A stretch of 64,000 nt of DNA. It comes from Polyangiales bacterium. Its GTDB lineage: Bacteria; Myxococcota_A; Polyangia; Polyangiales; Polyangiaceae. The DNA lies in assembly GCA_038231275.1 (NCBI GenBank), contig JBBRLQ010000008.1:205645-269644 (forward strand), read 5' to 3'. The first letter of the stretch is position 1. Every line of letters starts with the position of its first letter. The notes beneath the pieces were generated by a model. It searched no databases. It was not told the origin of the DNA and saw nothing but the letters and a program-made list of their open reading frames with translations. Both the position numbers and the translations under genes were made by a program. This document shows positions 38,766 to 47,404 of the stretch, piece by piece.

Positions 38766-40814
38766 TCAGGTGACCTTGTGCATCAACGTCCGTAGGGGCC
38801 GGATGAGGATCGCGCTCACGACGACGCCGACGATGCTGGTTATGACGAAGAGCCAGAAGTAGCTCGACGGCGTGATCTTCCCCCACGACTCGCCGATGGC
38901 GCCACCCATGTATTGTGCAACCGAGCTCGCGAGCAGCCACACGCCCATGAACAGCGACGCGAAGCGCACCGGTGCCAGCTTCGTCACCATCGATAGACCG
39001 ACCGGCGACAAGCAGAGCTCGCCGAGGGTCGCGAGGAAATAGCTCAAAAACAGCCAGAATCCGCTCACGCGGGCGAGCCAGCTCTTCTTCTCCAAATCCT
39101 TCAGCGGCTTCCGCCATTCGGGCGCGGCGCCCGCCCCCACGAGCGCCGTCTTGGTCGGCGCGTCGAGGGGAGCCGTGAACGTGAACTCTCCCTCCGGCGC
39201 GATTACGACGTTGTGCGCCTTCTGCTCCTTCTCGTCGAACGGCGCCTCGAACGTCCGCATCACATCGAGGTGCACCTTCACGGGATCCTTGTCGGTCGCC
39301 TTCGCCGCCGCGGCCTCCGCCTTCTCGACATCCTTGAGCCACGTCGCCGGCACCGTGCGTTTCAGCGCGTCGTTGACGACGAACGGCGGGAGCACGCCGC
39401 GCACGACGAGCTCCTTCTTCGCCGCGTCGTAGGTGAGGCGCTTGGCGTCGACGAACGCGTCGTCCCCCTTTTCGCCCGCCCACGCGAGCGCGTCGCCCTC
39501 GGCCTTCAGCTCCGGCGGCAACGTCTCCAGCGCCACGCGGCTCTCGTGCGCGTTCTCCGACGCGGCGCCGGCGACCATGGTGCCGAAGCTGAGGACCATG
39601 AAGATCATCGCAAGGAACATCTTCGTCGGCGTCGACGGCTCCTTGCCGCCTCGCGCCAGGTACACCCAGAGACCGGCGTAGATCGGCGCCAAGACCACGA
39701 TGAAGATGGCGTTGGCGGACTGCCACCACGCCGCCGGGTACTCGAACGTGCCGATCATGCGATCGGTGTGCACGTCGGCCCAGATGTTGAGTGCGTTGCC
39801 CGCTTGCTCGAAGGCCATCCAGAAGAGGACGGCGAACACGAAGAGCACGAAGATGACCGTGCTGCGATCGCGCGATGCTCCCTTGATCGTCGTCAGCGTG
39901 TAGCCCATCCCGCCGCTGATGGCGGCGAAGGCGATAGGCATGATCGCGTCCTGGAGCGGGGCTACGCCGCGGACGACCATCAGGATGTAGTAAATCGGCA
40001 CGCCGACGCCGATCGCGATCATGACGAGCGGGTAGATCTTGGCGACCATGCCCGCGATGCCGCCGGCGCCCGCTTCGCGCTCCTCCTCCACGTTGGAGCT
40101 CTTCTTCGTCGCGCCGAGATCGGCCTTGGACGCCTTCTCGATCGTCAGCTCGTTGCCGGCGGCGGCGATGTCCTTCGTGATGCGTGCCTGACCGAGCAGG
40201 AAGACGGTGAGGCCGATGATCATTCCCACGCCGGCCGCCATGAAGCCGTACTTGGGCGCGAGCTTCTGAGCGAGCGTGCCGCAGATGAGCGGTGACAGGA
40301 ATGCGCCGAGGTTGATGCCCATGTAGAAGATGGTGAACGCGCCGTCTCTGCGCGCGTCGCCCTGCCTGTACATCTTGCCGACCATCGTCGAGATGTTCGG
40401 CTTGAAGAAGCCGTTCCCGAAGATGATGAACCCGAGCGCCGGGTAGAAGAGCGCCTCGACGCCGAGCATGAAGTAACCGGCCGCCATCAGCGCGCCGCCG
40501 ATGATGATGCTGAAGCGCAGCCCCAGGAGGCGGTCGGCGATGTAGCCACCGGCGAGCGGCGTCAGGTAGACGAGGCTCGTGTACCACTTGTAGACCGACG
40601 ACGACGCCTGCGGTTGCCACTGCAGGTAGTTGATCATGTAGAGGACGAGCAGCGCGCGCATCCCGTAGTAGCCGAAGCGCTCCCACATCTCCGTGAAGAA
40701 GAGGAAGTAGAGGCCGCGCGGATGACCCTCAGGCTTGTCGGGCGGGCCCGGGGCGGCAAGGGACTTCAGCGTGGTCTCGACCAACTTTTCGCCAGACTTC
40801 GCGGAATCGCTCAC
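38766..40814 (-). CDS. Proton-dependent oligopeptide transporter (POT/PTR, MFS) with a large extracytoplasmic insert
   Basis: GHPRGL..FFTEMWERFGYYGMR, GGYIADRLLG, GNGFFKPNIST, FYMGINLG, FEQAG, GELCLSPVGLS. GTG 40814 with GGAGGT upstream. Confidence 0.95.
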   Translation of the reverse strand: MSDSAKSGEKLVETTLKSLAAPGPPDKPEGHPRGLYFLFFTEMWERFGYYGMRALLVLYMINYLQWQPQASSSVYKWYTSLVYLTPLAGGYIADRLLGLRFSIIIGGALMAAGYFMLGVEALFYPALGFIIFGNGFFKPNISTMVGKMYRQGDARRDGAFTIFYMGINLGAFLSPLICGTLAQKLAPKYGFMAAGVGMIIGLTVFLLGQARITKDIAAAGNELTIEKASKADLGATKKSSNVEEEREAGAGGIAGMVAKIYPLVMIAIGVGVPIYYILMVVRGVAPLQDAIMPIAFAAISGGMGYTLTTIKGASRDRSTVIFVLFVFAVLFWMAFEQAGNALNIWADVHTDRMIGTFEYPAAWWQSANAIFIVVLAPIYAGLWVYLARGGKEPSTPTKMFLAMIFMVLSFGTMVAGAASENAHESRVALETLPPELKAEGDALAWAGEKGDDAFVDAKRLTYDAAKKELVVRGVLPPFVVNDALKRTVPATWLKDVEKAEAAAAKATDKDPVKVHLDVMRTFEAPFDEKEQKAHNVVIAPEGEFTFTAPLDAPTKTALVGAGAAPEWRKPLKDLEKKSWLARVSGFWLFLSYFLATLGELCLSPVGLSMVTKLAPVRFASLFMGVWLLASSVAQYMGGAIGESWGKITPSSYFWLFVITSIVGVVVSAILIRPLRTLMHKVT

Positions 40815-40873
40815 TCGTACCTCCGGGGCCCGCGTACGGAAAACCCTGCGGACTCGCTTGTCAAGCGCGTCGA

Positions 40874-42139
40874 TTATTTCTGCAGGGTTTTGGCACGCAG
40901 ATCCCGTCGCCAGCGGATCTCGGAGGCGCCGGCGAGGGCGGCGTGCTCGGCGAGGGCGGCGTCCAGCGCCGGCGCGAAATCGGGGTGGGACGACGCACGG
41001 AAGCCCGCCTCCAGCTTGAGCAGGTCCACGTGGAGGATGCCCGTCGCGCGGGCGATGCGCGGCTCGATGCGGCCGACGAGCGCGTCGCCGAAGAGGAGCG
41101 GGAGCACGTAGTAGCCGTGCTTGCGCTTCGCGACCGGCGTGTAGACCTCCCACTTGTACTCGAAGGAGAAGAGCTCGAGCACCAGGCGGCGGTCCCACAT
41201 GAACGTGTCGAGCGGCGCGATGAAGGTGACCGCGCGCGACCTTCGTGGCGCCCGCCGCGTCGCCTCGAGGAGCTCGCGATCCGACGCGGGCAGGTAGCGC
41301 TCGCCCGACACGCCCTCGACGACCACCGGAACGAGCTCCCCTTCGGCCACGAGGTCGCGTGTGATGGTGCGCCGATCGGCGGGCAGCGCAGAGCCGAGCC
41401 AGACGAGCGGCGACCCTTTGAGGCCGAGGAGGCCCACCGCGCGGTATCTCGACAAGACCCGATGGCGCGTGGCTTCGCGCAGAGGCACGCGCTCGGCCAG
41501 GAGCGACGCCGGGAAGAGCGCTTCGGTGAGGTGGTACGTCTTCGTGTTGCCGCGGCGTCCGGCCACCGAGATCTCGCCCGTGCAGAACATCGCCTCGAGC
41601 ACCGCCTTCGTCGCAGTGGCCCGCCCCCATCCCCACGCGACTTGCACGTCGCCCTTCGTCGCGAACGCCACCGCGGCGAGCGGCCCCTCGCGGGCGAGGC
41701 GCGCGCGGATCGCCTTTCGCACGCGCGGGTGGTCGGCGAGGATGGCCCCCTTCGCCTCGTAGCGAGCGCGCGCGTGCTCCCACGCGATGCGGTGGAACGG
41801 CAGCTCCGCGGTCGGCAGGACGTTGAGCGACTTGTTGAACGCCTCGAAGAGCGCGCGCGACTCGGGCGCGCCGTACAAGAGTCCGTCGATCCACTCGGGC
41901 CGATGCCCGCGGATTCGCGCCGCCAGGACCAGATCGTGGTTCTTGGCGCCGGTCGTCGCGAGAGGATCGAGCTGAAGCGAGCCGAAGCGCTCGACGACAC
42001 GCAGGATGGACTCCGGCGACCCCGGCAGCGCGCGGGGCGGTGAGAGCTGCTGACGCGCGACGAAGAAGCGGCGCGCGTGCGCGGCGTCGAGGCGGAGCGG
42101 CGTGGGACCGGTCGAGAGCACGAGCGCGTGATTCTGCAT
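40874..42139 (-). CDS. YcaQ/AlkZ-family winged-helix DNA (crosslink) glycosylase
   Basis: LQLDP (QxD motif), IAPLDTFMWDR..LFSFEYKWEVYTPVAKRKHGYYVLPLL.GD.LVGRI. Confidence 0.88.
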   Translation of the reverse strand: MQNHALVLSTGPTPLRLDAAHARRFFVARQQLSPPRALPGSPESILRVVERFGSLQLDPLATTGAKNHDLVLAARIRGHRPEWIDGLLYGAPESRALFEAFNKSLNVLPTAELPFHRIAWEHARARYEAKGAILADHPRVRKAIRARLAREGPLAAVAFATKGDVQVAWGWGRATATKAVLEAMFCTGEISVAGRRGNTKTYHLTEALFPASLLAERVPLREATRHRVLSRYRAVGLLGLKGSPLVWLGSALPADRRTITRDLVAEGELVPVVVEGVSGERYLPASDRELLEATRRAPRRSRAVTFIAPLDTFMWDRRLVLELFSFEYKWEVYTPVAKRKHGYYVLPLLFGDALVGRIEPRIARATGILHVDLLKLEAGFRASSHPDFAPALDAALAEHAALAGASEIRWRRDLRAKTLQK

Positions 42140-42171
42140 GCCGCGCCCCGATTTGGGTACCCTCATCGCCG

Positions 42172-43719
42172 ATGGCCGATCCTCGCGCGGACGATGCGGA
42201 AGGTGCACGCGAGGTGCCGCGCGCCGAGCAACCCGAGCATGCCGAGCACGGCGACGCGCAGGCCGACGCCGCGCTGAAGCGCCTTGGGTACGCGCAAGAG
42301 CTCCTACGCGCGATGGGCGGATTTTCGAGCTTCGCGCTGAGCTTCTCGGTCATCAGCATCCTCACCGGCGTCACGACGACGTACGGGATCGCGCTCGCTG
42401 GCGGCGGACCGGCGGCGCTCGGCTTCGGGTGGCCGCTCGTCGGCCTCGGCACGCTCGTCGTTGGCCTCGCGATGGGAGAGCTCGCGAGCGCGTTCCCGAC
42501 CGCCGGCGCGCTGTACCATTGGTCGTCGCTGCTCGGCGGCGTCGGCTGGGGATGGTTCACGGCGACGATGAACCTCGTCGGCCAGTGCGCGATCGTCGCG
42601 GCGATCGATCTGGGATGCGCGCACACGCTCGGCGCGACGCTGCACTTGTCGGCTTCGTGGGACATTCCGCTGCTCGGCGCGGTCCTTGCGACGCACGGCC
42701 TCCTCAACGCGCGTTCGGTACGCCTCGTCGCGGTGCTGAACGATCTCTCCGTCGCCGTCCACATCGTCGGCGTCCTCGCGCTCGTCGGCCTCTTGCTCGT
42801 CGTCGGCAAGGTCCATCCGGTGTCGTACCTCGCGCGCACGGGGTTCACGACGCGGCCCGACGGGCATTACGGCCTCGGGTTTTTGAACGCGCTGCTCCTT
42901 GGGATGTGGACGTTCACGGGCTTCGACGCGTCCGCCCACGCGAGCGAGGAGACGCACGATCCTGCGCGGCGCGCGCCGTGGGGGATCGTGTCGGCGATCG
43001 TGGTGAGCGCCATCGCGGGCTTCGCGTTCGTCGCGGCGCTGACGTTGGCGGTGCCCGATCTCGCGGCGATCGCCGCCGACGAGAACCCGCCGATCGCGAT
43101 CGTGCGTCACGCGCTCGGCGAGCTCGGCGGGAACCTCGCGATGGGCCTCGCCATCCTGGCGATGTGGTTCTGCGGCCTCTCCAGCGTGACGAGCGCGTCG
43201 CGGACGCTCTACGCCTTCGCGCGTGACGGGGGACTCCCCGCGAAGCTTCGTCGCGTGAGCCCCACCCACAGGACCCCCGAGGTGGCCATCGCCGTCGCCG
43301 TGCTCGCACCGCTTCTCCTCGTCCTCGCGACGCGCGCGCTCAGCGACGCGGTATTCCTCGCGGTCGCGTCGCTCGCCACGACCGCGCTTTATGTCTCGTA
43401 CGCGACCCCCATCGCGCTCGGCGCGCTCGCACGACGATCGGGTCGATGGAAGAGGCGCGGCCCCTGGCATCTTGGCGGGCTCGGCGCGCCGCTCGCGTGG
43501 CTCGCCGTCGCGTGGGCCGTGTTCGTCCTCGTCGTGTGCGCGTTGCCCCCCAACGGCCTCGCCGGCGCGATGCTGGCGGGCCTCGTCGTGATCGTCGGCG
43601 GCGTGTACCACGTCGCAGTACGAGGGCGCTTCGCGGGGCCGAAGGTGCGCCTCGGCGATCTCGAAGGGAGCGCGCCGGCGTCGTCCGGCGTCACCCACGA
43701 CCGGCGCGAAGTGGAGTAG
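42172..43719 (+). CDS. APC-superfamily amino acid/amine permease
   Basis: LGYAQELLR.MGGFSSFALSFS, ELASAFPTAGALYHW, GFDASAHASEET, SRTLYAFARDG; about 12 TM helices. Confidence 0.92.
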   Translation: MADPRADDAEGAREVPRAEQPEHAEHGDAQADAALKRLGYAQELLRAMGGFSSFALSFSVISILTGVTTTYGIALAGGGPAALGFGWPLVGLGTLVVGLAMGELASAFPTAGALYHWSSLLGGVGWGWFTATMNLVGQCAIVAAIDLGCAHTLGATLHLSASWDIPLLGAVLATHGLLNARSVRLVAVLNDLSVAVHIVGVLALVGLLLVVGKVHPVSYLARTGFTTRPDGHYGLGFLNALLLGMWTFTGFDASAHASEETHDPARRAPWGIVSAIVVSAIAGFAFVAALTLAVPDLAAIAADENPPIAIVRHALGELGGNLAMGLAILAMWFCGLSSVTSASRTLYAFARDGGLPAKLRRVSPTHRTPEVAIAVAVLAPLLLVLATRALSDAVFLAVASLATTALYVSYATPIALGALARRSGRWKRRGPWHLGGLGAPLAWLAVAWAVFVLVVCALPPNGLAGAMLAGLVVIVGGVYHVAVRGRFAGPKVRLGDLEGSAPASSGVTHDRREVE

Positions 43720-43730
43720 CCTATGGCTCC

Positions 43731-45257
43731 ATGGGAGAGCCCATCTCTGGCCACTCCCGCGAAGGCGAGACCCTCTGCGGCAAGTACCTGCTCGGCGTGC
43801 GCCTCGGCCAAGGCGGCATGGGTCAGGTGTACCGCGCGCGCAACCTGCTCGTCGGGCGCGACGTGGCGATCAAGGTCCTGCGCCGCGAGCACGCCGAGAA
43901 CGAGATCCTCGTCGGCCGCTTCCTCCGCGAGGCGCAAGCGGCGAACATCGTCCGGCACGTCAACGTCGTCGACGTCCTCGACATCGGCAAGGACGAGCAA
44001 GGCGTCCCCTTCATCGTCCAAGAGCTCCTCGACGGCAAAGACCTCGGGAAACACGTCAAGGCGAGCGGCGGCAAGCTGTCCTTACGCGAGACGATGCGCT
44101 TCCTCGGTCCGGTCATCGAGGCGGTCGCGTCCGGCCACGAGCGCGGCGTCGTTCATCGCGATCTGAAGCCGGAGAACGTGTTCCTCGCCGACATCGGCGG
44201 CAAGACGGTGCCCAAGCTCCTCGACTTCGGCATCTCGCAGATCCGTCCGAAGCCCGGCGACGTGAAGATGACGCAGGTGGGCACGATGATGGGCACGCCG
44301 CAGTACATGTCGCCGGAGCAAGTGAAGGGGCGCGAGATCGACCCGCGCACCGACGTGTGGTCGATCGGCGTGATGCTGTACGAGGTCCTCTCGGGCATGC
44401 GTCCCTTCGACGAGGACGTCCCCGCCATCTACGTCGCCATCTGCGGACACGATCCCACGCCGCTCGAGACGTGCGCGCCCGACGTACCGGCCGGGATCGC
44501 GGACGTCGTCTCGCGGTGCATGCAGCGCGACGCGACGCTTCGGCCTGCCGACGCCCGCGAGCTCGCGCGCGCGCTTCATTCCGCCTACCAGGCGGCGCGC
44601 GCGGCCGGTCCCGCGAGCGCCTCCTTGCCGGCTGCCGCGCAGAGCGGGCGGAGCGGGCCACCCGCCCTGGACGAGCCGCCGCCAAAGGTGCCGTCGCTGC
44701 TCCCGCCGCCGACCTCGACGCCGCCACAGAAGGCCGCCGCATTCCAACCGACCTCGCCGCCGTCGGCGCCGACCTCGGCACCCGCGCGCACGAGCATGCC
44801 GCAGCTGACGGTGAACGTCCCGTCGGACTTCGACGACGACGACGACGACGCGGTGGCCCCACGCCGCTCGGGTCTCACCCTCGACGCGCCAGTATCGTCC
44901 GAGCGCCCGCGCGCTGTGTCGTCGTACACGGTCGCCCCGCGCGAACCGCACCCGGTGCCCGAGGGAGAGAGCGCCGCGCCGTACCTCGCGGGCGGCATGC
45001 TCGCGCTCGGCCTCGGCGTGGGGCTCGTGGGCTCTCTCTTTGGCTACGACGCCGCGCACGCCGAAGCCTTCGTCGCGGGCCTGCCCGACGGCGCGCGAAT
45101 GGCGGTCGGGGCGCTGCTGTTCGGCCTCGGAGTCTTCGTCGGGTTCCGCACCTTCCGCGCCGCGCGCGACGCCCCCGACGAGAGGGGCATGGCGATCGGC
45201 GGCGGCGTGCTCGTCGGCGTCGTCGTCTTCGTCGGGCTCAAGCTTCTCACCGCGTGA
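43731..45257 (+). CDS. Ser/Thr protein kinase with C-terminal TM helices
   Basis: LGQGGMGQVY, VAIK, HRDLKPEN, DFG, GTPQYMSPE, then a Pro-rich linker and 3 TM helices. Confidence 0.93.
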   Translation: MGEPISGHSREGETLCGKYLLGVRLGQGGMGQVYRARNLLVGRDVAIKVLRREHAENEILVGRFLREAQAANIVRHVNVVDVLDIGKDEQGVPFIVQELLDGKDLGKHVKASGGKLSLRETMRFLGPVIEAVASGHERGVVHRDLKPENVFLADIGGKTVPKLLDFGISQIRPKPGDVKMTQVGTMMGTPQYMSPEQVKGREIDPRTDVWSIGVMLYEVLSGMRPFDEDVPAIYVAICGHDPTPLETCAPDVPAGIADVVSRCMQRDATLRPADARELARALHSAYQAARAAGPASASLPAAAQSGRSGPPALDEPPPKVPSLLPPPTSTPPQKAAAFQPTSPPSAPTSAPARTSMPQLTVNVPSDFDDDDDDAVAPRRSGLTLDAPVSSERPRAVSSYTVAPREPHPVPEGESAAPYLAGGMLALGLGVGLVGSLFGYDAAHAEAFVAGLPDGARMAVGALLFGLGVFVGFRTFRAARDAPDERGMAIGGGVLVGVVVFVGLKLLTA

Positions 45258-45298
45258 CCGGCTTGCCACTCCCGCCAACCTCCCTTATTTCTGCGCGC

Positions 45299-46327
45299 GT
45301 GAGAGCGAGTGCGAAGCACGTCACCCTGAGGGCGGCGATCACGATGGCGATGGTGATCGCCGCCGGACCTGCGAGCGCAGGCCCCGAGACCGCGCTGCGT
45401 GAGTTCGCGGGAGGCCAGGTAAAGAAGGGCGTCCGCACGATCGGCATGGGCGGCGACGGCGCCACCACCGGCAACTACGCCCTCGTCTACAAAGACGCCG
45501 GCGGCGCCATCTTCGATCAGGGCATCGTCCGCTTCCAGGACACGGGCAACCTCTTCACGTTCAGCGCGGTCGGCTTCACGACGCCGCGCTTCTGGGACGA
45601 CGCGGCGTTCTACGTCATCGCGCTCGGCCAGCAGGGCAACGGCGTTCGCGTCTGGGACTACTCGGCGCGGAGCGCGTCGAAGCCGCCGTCGCTCGGCGAT
45701 CTCTCGGACACCTCGGTCTTCGTGAAATTCGCCAAGCCCCTCGGCAAGGCGTGGAGCCTCGGCTTCATGGGAGCCTTCGAGCTCTCGCAGGCGTCGCTGG
45801 TCCCCTTCAACGGAGCCGCGCCGATTCGATTCCACACGTCCTACCTCCCCTCGGGCGGCGCGGGCCTTCACTTTCACCCCGACGAGCACTGGCAGGCGGG
45901 GATCCGCGTCATCCTGAACCACGACAACGAGACGCGGACGCAGGGGTCGACGACCAAGACCGGCCTCCTTCGATCGTACGAGTACCGCGCGGGCATCGCC
46001 TACTCTCCGTGGGCCGGCACGCTCTTCGACGTCGGCGCCGCCGTCCTCGACCGCAACAACGGCCTCGAGAACACCTCCTCCCTCGATCTCCATCCCACGA
46101 TCGGCGCCGAGCAGGCGCTCGTGCGCAAGCGCGTGTGGGTGCGCGGCGGGCTCGACGAGACGACGTGGACCACCGGCTTGAGCCTCGCGGTGATGCCGGT
46201 GAAGATCGATGTTGCGTACCTCTACAACCTCGCCGCCGCGCGCACGCAAGACGTGTTCGGAAAACGAAATACGAGCCTCATCGCGACGCTCAACATCCAC
46301 TACGAAGCGATGCTCTCCAAGCATTGA
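45299..46327 (+). CDS. Exported protein, probable outer-membrane beta-barrel (start uncertain; alternative ATG 45344)
   Basis: Signal-like ..IAAGPASA-G, VRTIGMGG, amphipathic beta strands (VRGGLD, IDVAYLY). GC3 bias. Confidence 0.65.
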   Translation: MRASAKHVTLRAAITMAMVIAAGPASAGPETALREFAGGQVKKGVRTIGMGGDGATTGNYALVYKDAGGAIFDQGIVRFQDTGNLFTFSAVGFTTPRFWDDAAFYVIALGQQGNGVRVWDYSARSASKPPSLGDLSDTSVFVKFAKPLGKAWSLGFMGAFELSQASLVPFNGAAPIRFHTSYLPSGGAGLHFHPDEHWQAGIRVILNHDNETRTQGSTTKTGLLRSYEYRAGIAYSPWAGTLFDVGAAVLDRNNGLENTSSLDLHPTIGAEQALVRKRVWVRGGLDETTWTTGLSLAVMPVKIDVAYLYNLAAARTQDVFGKRNTSLIATLNIHYEAMLSKH

Positions 46328-46330
46328 CGC

Positions 46331-46367
46331 AAAAAAACGGGCGCCCCGGTTTTCCGGAGCGCCCGTT
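46331..46367 (-). terminator. Intrinsic terminator
   Basis: Minus strand AACGGGCGCTCCGG-AAAA-CCGGGGCGCCCG followed by a T7 run. It lies downstream of the 46397 stop, between convergent genes. Confidence 0.8.
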
Positions 46368-46396
46368 GGAGGAGCGAGACGAGGTGCTCGTGACGT

Positions 46397-47341
46397 TCAG
46401 CGCGGGGGGCGGGCGAAGCGCGGGTCGCTGCCGGGGAAGGGGTTCGCGGTGTCGCGGCGGTTCAGCTCGCCGTTGCTCCAGCTGTCGTCGAAGCGATCGC
46501 CGCGCTCCGAGAAGAAGGCGACGCCGATGACGCCGACGTTGCGGGCGGTGCCGGTCTGCGCGGCGTACGAGTCGGCGACGGCGCCGAAGCGGAAGGCGGC
46601 GACGGCGTTCTGCGACTGGCGGAAGCCGTCGATCTCGAGGGTTGCGAAGGGCATGAGCACGTAGCCGCGGTTCGAGAGCGTGCCGGTCTTGCCGTTGATG
46701 ACGTCGAGGCCGTCGACAGTGGCGACCGCCTCGAAGCGGTGGCCCGTGTGGTTGGTGAGGACGATCGTGTAGCGGTCGCCGGCCTGGCCGATGACGTACG
46801 TTCGGTCGCCGGCGCGAACGGCCTCGAGCGCGTCGCCCGAGCCGTCCTTGATCGCTACGGAGATGGCGCCGTTGGCGGCGGAGAAGTCACGGCGGCGCTC
46901 GACGTTGCGCTGGTGGAACGTCGCCTGGGCCTCGACGCCGCGGCGATCGTTGTAGAAGAGGTTCGCGACCGCGAAGGGGCGATCGGAATCGGAGCGCGCG
47001 AAGGTCACGTCGTGGACGCGCGACTCGCGGCTCTCGCCCCACTCGGTGCCGAGACCGGGGCGGTCACGCGGCGGCTCGGGGCTGGGCGAGACCGATCGGC
47101 TCTCCGCGGCGGCGCCGGCGGTCGGCGACAACGTGGACGGCGGGGCCGGGGGCGGCACGTCGAACGAGGTGCCCGAGGGGGCGGAGTCCGCCGAGCTCTT
47201 CGCCGAGCGGGGCTGGGACTGCGCGCTGCCCTCGTAGCTGCCGCCGCCGTTGCCGGGAGCCGCGGGGGCCTTCGCCGAACCGCCGCACCCCGAAAGGAGC
47301 ATCACCACCACCACGCACCAGAGCCAAACTCGCTTCGTCAT
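46397..47341 (-). CDS. Lipoprotein of unknown function
   Basis: Lipobox LLSG-C, low-complexity linker, globular domain (RPGLGTEWGE, VDGLDVING, AAFRFG, NVGVIGVAFF). Confidence 0.82.
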   Translation of the reverse strand: MTKRVWLWCVVVVMLLSGCGGSAKAPAAPGNGGGSYEGSAQSQPRSAKSSADSAPSGTSFDVPPPAPPSTLSPTAGAAAESRSVSPSPEPPRDRPGLGTEWGESRESRVHDVTFARSDSDRPFAVANLFYNDRRGVEAQATFHQRNVERRRDFSAANGAISVAIKDGSGDALEAVRAGDRTYVIGQAGDRYTIVLTNHTGHRFEAVATVDGLDVINGKTGTLSNRGYVLMPFATLEIDGFRQSQNAVAAFRFGAVADSYAAQTGTARNVGVIGVAFFSERGDRFDDSWSNGELNRRDTANPFPGSDPRFARPPR

Positions 47342-47404
47342 CTCACTGCCTCCTGCCCTCTTCAACGGGGGCGGGACGGCCGTTCTTACACCGGCGCGTG
47401 TCCT

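Noticed and set aside
40891..40906. TGGCACG sigma54-like -24 element
   Set aside because: No GC at -12, it lies inside the 3' end of a gene, and it points away from any nearby start.
40815..42848. Apparent 1360-aa ORF extending the POT transporter
   Set aside because: Stop-free off-frame reading through the YcaQ-like gene and antisense to the permease. The transporter has its own SD and GTG at 40814.
44831..44850. (GAC)n run, and the CCCCTCCTG-type repeat near 60811-60840
   Set aside because: Short codon-level low complexity (poly-Asp; PLL/PPL) with no array structure.
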